Assembly (NCBI GenBank): GCA_003427395.1
Contig: BFEA01000006.1
Location: forward strand, 5,673,143 to 5,734,691
Origin: Chara braunii
Lineage: Eukaryota; Plantae; Charophyceae
Direction of reading: 5' to 3'
Length of the DNA stretch: 61,549 nt
Below are positions 12,105-22,419 of this stretch, piece by piece (position 1 is the stretch's first letter; each line of letters begins with the position of its first letter). The notes under the pieces are model-generated. The model was not told the origin of the DNA. It saw nothing but the letters and a program-made list of their open reading frames with translations, and did not search any database. The translations under genes were made by a program, and so were the position numbers.

Positions 12105-15100
12105 GCAACGATCTTCGTATACGCGTGTGAGGTTTGCTCTGGACAGCGTATCTATGGGTTTTTCGGCTCAACAGTGAGAGTACAAGACTATTGCCTACGA
12201 GGGAAAGAAAGGAAGGGTCTGGGAGTGTGCGTGTTGAGTAGTTGGAGGCAATTTAGTGGCAATTTTGACTTCCGGGTGAAAGAAACGTGCGCGAGTGAAC
12301 CAGCAGGGAGGAGCGTATGGATGCAAAAGAAGGGCTTCGCTAATACTTATCGTGTTACGAGCGTGTACTCCTCACCCAATTCTGAAGACTAGCCACCCGT
12401 GCGGGACTCATTCTCTTTTGTAGGCCACAGTGATCGTGGTCAATGTCTAGCGGCCTGTCTGTGTTTAGAGCTTCAGATGAGTGGGAGAACGCGTGATCGA
12501 GGTCCGAGTGTGATCGAGAGCCATGGAAAGGAGATTAGACTATGAGCCATGATGTGGATCAAACTAAGCGCAGTTTAACTTCAAAGTTGACATCAACTTC
12601 TTGCCACGACTCCTGTTTTTGACATAGCGAAGCAAACATAACGGGGAAGACCAGTACTTGAAAGCGCTAAATGAATCACGGGGAGGAGGCTGGGAGACCA
12701 AAATAAGAGTGACGCGATCCAATGTGGGGAATGAATGTAGGTGAACAGTGAGCATGACGCACTGGGATAACTTGTGAGGTATGGGTGATCAGGTGTCGTC
12801 AGCCTTTGTTCTGGTTGGTTACTGTTCGTAGACGTCCCTGTGCCTCATAACTGTGTCCATGGCTCGGATTTAGGGAAGAGTGACGAAGTGGCTAACAAAA
12901 CCAGAGTGATAAACTCTGTTTGATTAGTTCCTTTCCAGTGCGGAACAGGCAAGCATGTGATCTAACTGCTGACTCTCTCTCAAAGGTGATCGACCTTTGC
13001 AACTGCGTTGTTTCTTTGGTCCTTTATCTTCAGAGTCAATCTTGGGCAAACACTCATTCCTTCTTTGGCGACTATCATCTGTTTCTTCTTCGTGCTGATG
13101 AGGCTATGGAAAGGTATGAATCTGAGATACTTTGTTCAGGCTGAACAGACGGTCGTTGTTTGAAGTGGAAATCATCCTTCCAAATTGTGATCTGGTCTTG
13201 AGGGTGGTCTTGATATACAAGATTGTTGTTCTGAAAGTTTTCTCTCCTCCACTCGGACTTGCTCACTGGCGACCCTTTTTCTTTGTTAATAATTTTCTTT
13301 CTCCCTGTTGAGGGATAGGTACTAACTAATTTACTGTTACTTGATGGTCAACTAGTACGATCTAACTAATTCTGAATTTCTCAGTGTGGTCTTACCGTTA
13401 GCCCTCCTTTATTCCGTAAAGACGAAGGGTAAAACTGAGGGGGAATCTCTCATATTGATGACCGAGTTTCAGGGAAAATCTAAGGGGAGATGTGAAGTCA
13501 GATAATGAGGCCCTGATATATTCAATAATTACTATTTGCACCCCTCATCAAAAAGAAAAGCCGTGCAAAATGGTGTTGGCCGAACCAGGAGAGGTTCTTG
13601 ATTAGTATCTGGTGCCCTCTGAATAGGGTTCTGCTAAATGAGATGATCGAGAGTAGCAGCATTTTCGGTTTGTGTGATTGTTCACGCTTGCCAAATGGAA
13701 AAAAAACGTGCTATATTCAGAAAAATTGCATACGTGCTTGCGAAGCGCCTGCTTGATGGTGATTGACCGTCTGTCCCAACCGTGTTTTGTTGAGTGTCAA
13801 TTCAAAGAAGAGAGATGTGAGTTCTCTTGCTATGCCTTGGGGAATCTGTCTTCGTTCATTCTGAGAGGGTGAGCTAGCTTGTCCTTCTTCCTGGGAAGGA
13901 TGTCTACGCCACATTTAAGAATGGAGAGCAACAAGCTTGTCCTAACAGATCCCCTGTAATAAGTGTCAGCAGTAGTAAGCTCCTATGTGCCCCAAAATGC
14001 TCGAGGCAATTGGCCAAAGTCCCTATCTCTACGGACTAGATAAAACAAACTAGAGATGTGAGCTGCGAACTGATTAAGGATGTTAGTAAACTACTCCCAG
14101 TGCTTTTTGTACCATATCGAAACTGATAAGCTAAGAACGACAGGGCAGCGTACTTTCATCCCTGCCTCTAAACGTTAACGAACTAAGCCTGAGAGGTGTT
14201 CTTCTGAAGGTTCTAGCTATATCACAATCGGTGTAAATGTCTCAACTAATTATGTCCGTGAGTGAGGACTCAGATTATCTCATTCAATGACTTTTTGTTA
14301 CTCGTTGAGACTGAGGTTACCCCATCTGCATGTGCGGATGGGTAATTTTCAGTCGTTTTTCTGAACACTGAGCCTAGTCGAGGGGACTTAAGGGTCCCAT
14401 TGACTAAGGCTTAATGTTGATGGTTTTTAGTGCAGCCGGATCTGGAAATTACAGACTACCTGAATTAGGATACCAATCCAACGCGCCCTGAGCTTTGGAA
14501 GTTACAATTTTCTCGTCTGCCTTGTAAACGGGGATTACTCATCGCCTAGCACTTGGTTAGTTCACACCTTAGCGTGTGCTACGCGTGTAACACAATTAGA
14601 GGTTGGCTGGTCTGGGGAAATCAATAAAGTTTCTCGTGAAAGAGTGGCCCTAAGTGAAGGCCAAACTCATCATCGTGTCGCTAAGCATAGCAACTACGAA
14701 AACAATCCCTCGGATCTATACTGTAGTCAAGTTTTGGTGTTTTGAACCCAGTTAATCTGATCTGTACCTGGCGGTTAATATCCCGAGAGAACTGGGCTAT
14801 GTAAATGAAGGCCCTACTTGGTAGCTTTTGAATTGCAGTCAGCCTTTACCTGATTGCTTCCAGTTTCAGAGTCTTGTTTTTCTGACCCTGGGTCTTACAC
14901 GGTTGGGCTGGAACAGGGAAATGAGGGGTAAAGCTATTGTACGGGTGATCTGTTTGTCGTGCTAAGGTTTAACCAGATATTGAGGAGGAGGACAATCAAC
15001 GAGCTTTTAGGAGGACAGTCAATGAGCGTTTGTGAGAGGAGCTGGCTATCTGTTTTGTCTTGAGGTTAAGTCTGATTGAATGCCCAGTGAAGCATCGGAG

Positions 15101-15403
15101 GAACAACAGTAATTGCCCTCAGTCTGCAACCTCTCGAAGCTTAGTATAGTGATCGGTTAGCAAATGGCCGCCATTTGCTAGCCTGTAGTTGAATTTCTCA
15201 TGAACAGTGCTCACGTGATTGTCTAGAACAACAACTAATAGGAAAATGATACTCAATGTGAAAACAGGCGAGTTAATTCATTAGAGAATTTATTCTGATT
15301 GAGGACGCTTGAAGCTTGTACTATCTATCCCTTTTGACAGGGTTATTCAGCAAAGAGATATTCATATACTGGCCTCGCTTTTACTCATCGACCCAGCTGA
15401 GAA

Positions 15404-15655
15404 ATGGGGGACGAGGATACAGTGAGAGTAACCTGCTCTCTGCGCCAAGGCACGTCTGAAGATCGGAGAGAGACGGCCATCGAGGAATATAATTTGCAAA
15501 CAACCATGATGATGGAGCACGAGCTGACATTAGTAAGACACCAAACTAAAATTGAGTACATCTATTATTTGCACGACAAAAACGGAAGATTCTGTGTCAC
15601 CATCTTATTAGTGGGCTCGGTCGAGGATGCAAGGAGAACTGTCTATGGGCGTTAA
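15404..15655 (+). CDS. Accessory protein family 2, member a (83 aa, within LTR)
   Basis: Open in both LTRs (also 35948-36199). SEDRRETAIEEY...LTLVRHQTKIEYIYYLHDKNG aligns with ORF 20377 SEDDERELIEGY...LPLITTQSVIAYTLYIQDSQG. Confidence 0.6.
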   Translation: MGDEDTVRVTCSLRQGTSEDRRETAIEEYNLQTTMMMEHELTLVRHQTKIEYIYYLHDKNGRFCVTILLVGSVEDARRTVYGR

Positions 15656-15760
15656 TGAGATGAGACGTCATCAGACTAAAGCGGAGTAGGGAAAGCTGAG
15701 TCATTCCCAAAACTGGATTCAGTCGAATGTATGGTAAAACTACTAAAGCATAGAGGCGGC

Positions 15761-15955
15761 CAGCAATCAGTTCATTCAGCAATCAGTCGAGAAAACAGTT
15801 CGGTAACGAGTTCAGCAATCAGTTCATTCAGCAATCAGTCAAGTAAACAGTTCAGTAATCAGATTTGCAATCAGTTTAGCGATCAATTCAGCAATCAGTA
15901 TAGCAATTAGTTCATCAAATCAGCAATTAAATCAGCAGACAACCAGCAGGCAACA
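15761..15955 (+). repeat. CAGCAATCAGTT-type degenerate tandem repeat just before the family-1 genes
   Basis: Repeated TTCAGCAATCAGT units; the 3' LTR copy (36304-36545) has one extra ~45-bp unit. Confidence 0.8.
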
Positions 15956-15968
15956 ACCATCATCATAC

Positions 15969-16585
15969 ATGAGTGCATTCCGCTACTATTCAGTTAGCGA
16001 TTCAGTGCTGGCCAACTTCAATAGGATCTCCCTCAAGGAGTCATTCGGTACCGATATGTCAGTGCCACATGTTTCAAGAGAGGGGACCTGTCGGTCTTTG
16101 TTGTGCTCACCAGTTTTGCAGGAGGCACTATTCATGACCTGAGACTTTACCTGAAGGAAGGAAAGGAGGATCATGAGCACTTTGACTCATTCTGGATCCC
16201 AGCAATCAGCTATCTCAGTCGGAGGGAGCGTGAGTACGATGAGAGAGGAGACACGTTGATCTGTAGTTTTGGACCAAAGCTGTACTCTGACTACCCCAAA
16301 CCCCCGGTACCATGTCTGCTTACTGATGGGACCTGTTGGGGAGATTTAGTTGATTTGGCAAAGAGATACATCTCTCTCTCTGTGATAGGTCACGAGGACT
16401 CATCGGAGCATCAGCCTACGCGCTGGGATGAGTTTTGTTCCATGGTCAACTATCGGATCATGTGTGAGGGTTGGGATTGCTCCAGGCTCGTTGGATACAG
16501 ATGACTCTATGGCCCGATTTCCCGATCTCAGAGGACACGTAGACACGTATCGAGGCAGAGGAGGGGGACAGATGTGACATATTGA
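15969..16585 (+). pseudogene. Accessory protein family 1, member a (5' LTR copy, disrupted)
   Basis: Copy of the intact ORF 36564-37181 with a 1-bp deletion near 16040 and TGG>TGA at 16502-16504. Confidence 0.8.
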
Positions 16586-16634
16586 GGGTAAGATCCAGCA
16601 GAGTCTGGCGAACGACCAACCGTCATTTAAGCAC

Positions 16635-17312
16635 ATGTCAGAGATCAAGCCCATCACGATTGACCAGTTGGTTTTTGACAAACTCAACCGGCTGTCTTCA
16701 AGAGAGAGCTTTCCTTACAAGTATGTCAAGATCGATGGTTTCCAGGTGGAAGATCTGTCAATCTTCGTTGCTCTCACTGAGTTCGCAGAAGGCACGATCA
16801 AAGACCTACGGATTTATCTGAAGAAGGGTAAAGAGAACCATACACATTTTGATGCGTTGTGGGCTGCTGCAGTCGGATTCGTACGGCGGAAAGTGGATCA
16901 GCTGGAGGGTGGCACGAGGCTAGCTTATAGCTTCGGTCCCAAACTTTTTTCTGACAATCCTAAACTTCTAGTTCCATACTATCTTATAGACGGATCCTGC
17001 AGGGAAGGTTTGGTGGATTTTGCTAAGAAGTATCTTTCTCTTGCAGCAATTGACTATGAGGCACTGACAGAGCCTTCTGAGTTTCCTCATCTCAGACGAG
17101 GGGTCTTCTCATGGTCGTATCTTCCCTCTGCATGAGAAGAATTTTGTATCGTCCTGGACTTACACATGAGTCATGGATGTGATTCTCTAAAGATAGCGAG
17201 CTTCAGGTGGGGTTTCATTGAAAAGCCTCAGCCTCAGGAAGTGCAGAGACGTGACCGAAAGCATGAGAGATAGCCAGCCAGACGAGAGAGACAGAGATGT
17301 TTAGAGGGATGA
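16635..17312 (+). pseudogene. Accessory protein family 1, member b (5' LTR copy, premature stops)
   Basis: Copy of the intact ORF 37231-37908 with TGG>TGA at 17133-17135 and a TAG at 17271-17273. Confidence 0.8.
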
Positions 17313-17666
17313 GTGAGGACTCTTGACTAGTGCTGGTCACTCTCTTTTCATATGTACTTTCTGAAACTATTAGGAGTTATCACTTTTCCCTCATTCACCC
17401 TGTTTTTGCCTTGAGTCAGTCAGTCTAGGTGTTCCCTTCTGGCGTTTGATTGATGATTGCACTTCATTGCTGATTATGTCGAAGTTCTCAATCCTCTAAA
17501 TTGGCATCTTAATGCACATATAAGACATTTAATTTAAATTTTATTATCTGCATTATCATTGTTGTTCCAAATCACAATTAAAGATTCCTAAGACCGGGGT
17601 CCGGCGAAGACCGTAATTGAAGGGTCTCGCTCGAAGCCAGACGCACACAACAGGAAGGGATTTGCA

Positions 17667-17762
17667 TTATTTTATTTATTTTATTTATTTTATTTATTTT
17701 ATTTATTTTATTTATTTTATTTATTTTATTTATTTTATTTATTTTATTTATTTTATTTATTG
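17667..17762 (+). repeat. (ATTTTATTT)n microsatellite near the LTR end
   Basis: About 10 units here against about 3 in the 3' LTR (38265-38293). Confidence 0.9.
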
Positions 17763-17846
17763 AGAGCACAACCAAAATCCTGTGTGACATCCTGTTGGCT
17801 TTCCGGTCGCCTAAACTGGCTCGACTGGGAAAAAGTGCGACAAGAA

Positions 17847-17864
17847 TGGCGCCGTTGCCGGGGA
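17847..17864 (+). promoter_or_regulatory. Primer binding site complementary to tRNA-Asp
   Basis: TGGCGCCGTTGCCGGGGA, 4 nt after the LTR end, is the reverse complement of the 3' 18 nt of plant cytosolic tRNA-Asp(GUC) including CCA. Confidence 0.9.
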
Positions 17865-18183
17865 CATGAAAAGATTTTTGTGTCCGAAACGAACCTGGGT
17901 CATCATCATCATCGTCTTGAGTTTTGATTAGAACGTGAGAACTGTTGACATTTCTGTGAGCTTTATGTTAATTTTATTATTCTCATTTAAGTCCTGAATT
18001 TCTTGAAAATCACGACTGCTAACTATGATTTATGTCTTCCTTGTGTGAGGTACCACACTGGATCGGGAAAAGGAGATTGATATTATTGACGGGAGAGAAT
18101 CGAGCTTGACACCAGATATGCCCAATTATCGCTCAACACGCTGAAAGGAATCGAAAGGAAGAGAGTGAGACGGATCGAGACAA

Positions 18184-18597
18184 ATGCTGGTCAACGGTGT
18201 TCTGAAAGAATTGTCTAAATTTACGACAAGAAGGATATTTCCTTACAGGTATGAGGCTTGTTGGGGCTATCATTCTTGTGGCTCAACCATCTGCGTAGTG
18301 CTGACTCATTTCTTGGAGGGAGATGTCTATGATATCCGCCCATATGTCAAGGAAGGAGGCAACAATGATGGTGAGAATTTTAATTGGTTATGGGAGATCG
18401 TGATTCAATTTATCTATGACGAAAAGGAAGACTTGATTAAGCAAAAGAAGAAAGTGGAATGGGGTATAATGCCAGTAACATACAAGACTGTTCTGATTCC
18501 TCCTATACCTGACAACTATTGTGATGGGACTAATTGGCTGCCGATAATCAACGTGGTATTGACAAGGGGGAAAAGAAACGGTGGTCATGAGAGCTGA
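18184..18597 (+). CDS. Accessory protein family 1, member c (137 aa)
   Basis: LSKFTTRRIFPYRY...VVLTHFLEGDVYDIRPYVKEG...FNWLW...PPIP...DGTNWLPII matches the motif order of members a and b (LNRLSSRESFPYKY...VALTEF..G.I.DLRIYLK.G...FD.LW...PPVP...DG.CW). Confidence 0.7.
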   Translation: MLVNGVLKELSKFTTRRIFPYRYEACWGYHSCGSTICVVLTHFLEGDVYDIRPYVKEGGNNDGENFNWLWEIVIQFIYDEKEDLIKQKKKVEWGIMPVTYKTVLIPPIPDNYCDGTNWLPIINVVLTRGKRNGGHES

Positions 18598-19078
18598 AGA
18601 GATTTCAGCAGAAGTAATCAGATAAAGAAGGTCAAATTTTGGCAGAGGTTCGGGTCCAAATCAAGAGAAGGTCGAATGTCTCCTAAAGTCGTTGAACACT
18701 CTAAGCAAGAGAGAGACGTTTTCATATGAAGTTGTCAGGTATGAGATGGTCGAGAGCGGATGGGAGCAGGAACGATTAAATGTACTGACATTCTATTTCA
18801 CAGACCTGGATGTGTATGACGTAAGAATGTATGTTCCAAAGGAAAGAAGTGTTGATGCGGTATATGGGAGATGTTGGGGGTTTGCTGGATCTACTCGATT
18901 TACTGTCTTCGAGAGAGAGAGGCTTGAGAGAGAGAACAAGTATTTCACTAGATCTACTCGATTTACTGTCTTCGACAGATTTTCAGCTCCTCCCTTGCCT
19001 GATATAAATTTATTAAAAGATAATTGGTTTGCGGTGATTGAGTTTGCCCAGAAAGTGAGAAGAGGTCAAAGAGTCTGA
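18587..19078 (+). pseudogene. Accessory protein family 1, member d
   Basis: In-frame ATG at 18587 overlaps the end of member c; one in-frame TAA at 18623-18625; open frame 18692-19078 with LNTLSKRETFSYEVVRYE...YDVRMYVPK...CW...APPLP...NWFAVIEF. Confidence 0.65.
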
Positions 19079-19554
19079 TGAGCCGATGCTATATACCCTT
19101 GAAGGAGAGGTCTAAGCTTAGACTCATAAGAGGCCATGAAGGGCTGAGTAAGGCTGAGTCAGACAAGCTATTGAATTTTCTTAATTCTATAGCATGTAAG
19201 GTTGTAATTCCTTATGAAATCGTGAGGTATGAAACCATAAAGAGGTCAGGACAAGAACAAGACAGTCTGTATGTTCTTACATGCTATTTTATTGATCTTG
19301 ATGAATATGATATTGGGATTTATATGCCGAAGCAAAGATTTGATGAAAGCCGAAAAGGTGCGTGTTGGCAACGAGCGTCAAATTTTGTGCATGATAAGAA
19401 GAGAAGATTAGAGCGAGAGGGAAGAAATTTTTCCTTTAGCACCTATGTCAGACCTTTTGTTGGAATAGCGTCTCCACCTGTTGAGGGACTCATATTCCCA
19501 AGATACAATTGGTATGCCATGATAAAGTTTACATGGAAAGTGAAGAGAGCCTAA
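19078..19554 (+). CDS. Accessory protein family 1, member e (158 aa)
   Basis: Start overlaps the previous stop as TGATG (19076-19080). Closest to member d (YEIVRYE, DLDEYDIGIYMPK, CW, RLERE, SPP, NWYAMIKF). Confidence 0.7.
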   Translation: MSRCYIPLKERSKLRLIRGHEGLSKAESDKLLNFLNSIACKVVIPYEIVRYETIKRSGQEQDSLYVLTCYFIDLDEYDIGIYMPKQRFDESRKGACWQRASNFVHDKKRRLEREGRNFSFSTYVRPFVGIASPPVEGLIFPRYNWYAMIKFTWKVKRA

Positions 19555-19960
19555 GAAGAATACTCTCAGTAGCCAGGATAACTACTGTGAGGGGTAAACT
19601 TTATGAGGTGATAGAGTGTGATAATCCTTTTGTGATCCTGAGATATGAGACTTGTGAGAGAGGATTCATAATATTTCACATTTCAGTGGTCAAATTTCTG
19701 AGTACGGGCAGTCTGGACGTAAGGATTTATGTACCGACAGGTCTAGAAAAGGAAGATGACTACTTGAAGTGTCAGACAAGTGCTTATATTAGTCTCATAA
19801 GAACCAAAGAGTGGCTTGAAAAGTTAAAAAGAAAAGTAACATGAGGGAAATAAGTAAGACAATTGGAGAGGCTCCCTTAGTTCTCGATTGCTAAGGGATT
19901 TGAAGACAGGAGAGATTGGATGCCTCTGTTGGAAGCTATTGCTGAGATTGGTAGAGCAAG
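19509..19960 (+). pseudogene. Accessory protein family 1, member f
   Basis: ILRYE...LDVRIYVP. Reading through in-frame stops after 19844 gives KVT*GK...DRRDWMPLLEAI, matching member c KVEWG...DGTNWLPIINV. End coordinate is approximate. Confidence 0.55.
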
Positions 19961-20088
19961 AGAAAAAGACTCCACTGTGATGATAAAATCTCTACTTTTC
20001 AGTAACTTTGAATACATATTCGATCTCCCCAATTACAGCCAGCCCGAGATTTACCTTTCTTGATTCTGTCTGTGATGCCAAAGTAAGG

Positions 20089-20373
20089 ATGCCTGGCCCT
20101 AGAAACCGATTCACCTTCAGGGTCGTGGTAGAAGAGGGGGTAGTAAAAACCGGAGGTACCCTCGAAATTCCTAATATAGATCTCTTTGGGTTTGAAGAGC
20201 AGGAACTTGTGCAACCTTATATAGATCGGATGAGAGAAGCCGCTTTGAGGGTTGTTACTGGCCAGACTTAAATCAGTTATTTGCTGAAGGTGGTAAGAGT
20301 AGGAGTCTCTGAGTATTATGTTTCTACTATAGAACAAGTATCCCTTGCTAGGGAAATTAGTAACAGATCGTAA
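20089..20373 (+). pseudogene. Accessory protein family 2, member b
   Basis: EEQELVQPYIDRMREAALRVVTGQT*ISYLLKV...VSLAREI (stop at 20269-20271) aligns with member c. Confidence 0.6.
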
Positions 20374-20376
20374 GTC

Positions 20377-20643
20377 ATGCAGTTTGATTATGAGATAATA
20401 GATTTAACTCGTTACTTTATGAACAGAGGAACTATTAAAGGGTACAATAGAAGATTGAGTGAGGATGATGAGAGGGAACTGATTGAGGGTTATGTTGGGA
20501 GGTTGAGAAGGATTGCCTTACCCTTGATTACTACTCAATCCGTTATCGCCTATACTCTTTATATACAAGACTCTCAAGGGGTGAAACAGACAAGGGAAGG
20601 GAGAAACGAGTTCGTATCCCTTGCAAGGAAAGTGAGGGACTAA
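20377..20643 (+). CDS. Accessory protein family 2, member c (88 aa), directly upstream of gag
   Basis: DERELIEGYVGRLRRIALPLITTQSVIAYTLYI...VSLARKV; starts 3 nt after the stop of member b. Confidence 0.65.
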   Translation: MQFDYEIIDLTRYFMNRGTIKGYNRRLSEDDERELIEGYVGRLRRIALPLITTQSVIAYTLYIQDSQGVKQTREGRNEFVSLARKVRD

Positions 20644-20706
20644 AGAAAAGAGAGAAAGAGCAGGAGGGAAAAAACTAAGAGTGATAAACGAAAAAGAGAG
20701 TAATTA

Positions 20707-22419
20707 TTGAGAAAATTTATGGTTAAGATGGCGGGTCGTTCGAAGCCTACTTCTTCAACAGGGACTAATGAAGAAGCCTTGATCGGTGTCATACGGGAGT
20801 TGGTCGAGAGAGTTGATACCATCAAAAGCGGGTCAGACATTGCAAGGGCAAAGAGACCTGATGAGAGAATTCCCTGTTTCAGAGGTCCTCAAGTGAATGA
20901 TTTCCTAGACGAGTATGAGCTGTTTGGTCTCAGTTATGGTTGGACAGAAAAGCAACGACTGAAGCACCTCTTATCTTATTGTGATACTGACTCAAGATTG
21001 GCAGTTCAAAAGTTGATGGAAGGTGCCACAACATGCGAGGAAGTTAAAGAAAGAATTTGAGAAGGATTCGGTTCCAACTACAACTAAAGACTTACTCAAC
21101 ATCAGAAGAGCTAAGTACGACACTTTCAATTTTTTCTTCAGACCTTTATCCGGACAGCAAGAACAATTTCATATTTGAACGAAGCTCAGAGATGCCGTAT
21201 ATTTTTGACAAATTTTACTGATACCGAAAGGCAAACAGTTCTTAATCAAGTTCAGCACTATCCTCTCAGGTGGGATGAAATGCTTGCAATCATAAGAACT
21301 CTACCTACTGTCTCCCATGAGAAATGGTCACTTGATCAGATCAGTACTTTGGCCAAGGATTGGAAGACTGAGAATGAAATGAATAGAGGAAGCAATCTAA
21401 CAGCTGAGAATATTCTTCAAAAAGTGATGGCTAACTTTATGCCTGCAAGGCCTGCAACGCATGCTCTGGATAACAGGGGAAAGAAAAAGGTTGAAAGTGA
21501 GGAAGATGACGACTATGATGATGACGATGAAAATCATGGTAAGAAGGGGGATTCGTTCAGAACCAAAAGGAATGGGAAGAATGGTGATGGAGGACACAGA
21601 GAGAGAAGAAAATATGATGAGCGTCCTAAGAGGAGTTTTATTTGCTACTATTGTGGCGAAAGTGAACATACTACCACCTATTGCAAGTCTCTTGAGGAGG
21701 ATGTAAGGAGTGGGGTGGCAAAAAAAGATGCAATGGGTCATGTCTGTGATAGCTAATGGAATAAGTTGGACCCCAGACATCCGGGAGGTATGAGGCTTCT
21801 TGCTCTTAAACATGATGAAAAGATGAAGATTAAGCAGAAGAGAAAGGCCAATATGAATGTTCATTTCCTCACTGGAGACTTGCCTAATGAACTAGTACAA
21901 AGAGCAGATGACCCTTATACCACGATTGAGTTGTCTCTGCAGTCCTTAACATTGACAGAGTGTGGGCCTACCGAGGCATCTACAAGTGAGTCTCCACTTG
22001 GAGGGAATCCTACTTCTCATAATCTTTCTGAATTAGTAGAGTCCTCTCCCAATGAAATGGCTCGTCTCCTGGCTAATATGATGTCATTCCATGGTGATCT
22101 ACCCCCAGAACTTATCATGGAACCCAGTGTCAGGGTCGGTGAAGTAAGAAACCATCAGACCCGTATGACACCTCAAATGATAGAAGCAAAGAAAAGAAAG
22201 AAGGTTGAGGAGTCACTTATTAACATCCTTGATAACCCTAAACCGGAACGTTCACCGAAAAAAAATGAACAAGGGAGAAAGATAAAATTTATTCTCAATA
22301 GTGATTTGGATGATGGGACTGTGATTTCTGATGTAATTGCTAAGATGCTGGAAGAAACGGAAGTGACACTGTCTTTCAAGGAAACAAAGACACTAGCACC
22401 CAAACCGAAGAAGAGTTGA
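20707..22419 (+). pseudogene. gag: Gag (capsid-like region, CCHC knuckle, linker) with in-frame stops
   Basis: ORF pieces 20707, 21175 and 21766 share one frame; IPCFRGPQVNDFLDEYE...WTEKQ gag-like motif; CYYCGESEHTTTYC zinc knuckle. Confidence 0.85.

Larger units (their letters stand above)
9225..17842 (+). repeat. 5' LTR of element B (8,618 bp)
   Basis: Direct repeat of 29655-38375; TGTCGGAGGG...AAAGTGCGACA; PBS starts 4 nt after its end. Confidence 0.93.

Noticed and set aside
13095-13125. Hammerhead ribozyme core (CTGATGAG; also at 19075)
   Set aside because: No stem II followed by GAAA and no closing stems could be built.
10700-14345. About 3.6 kb apparently identical between the two LTRs (31244-34889) while the flanks diverge, suggesting recent gene conversion
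   Set aside because: Both copies have N at the same positions (11341/31885, 11441/31985) and an N-rich stretch follows at ~35000-35350. This points to a collapsed assembly consensus, so the block should not be used for dating or as evidence of ORF conservation.
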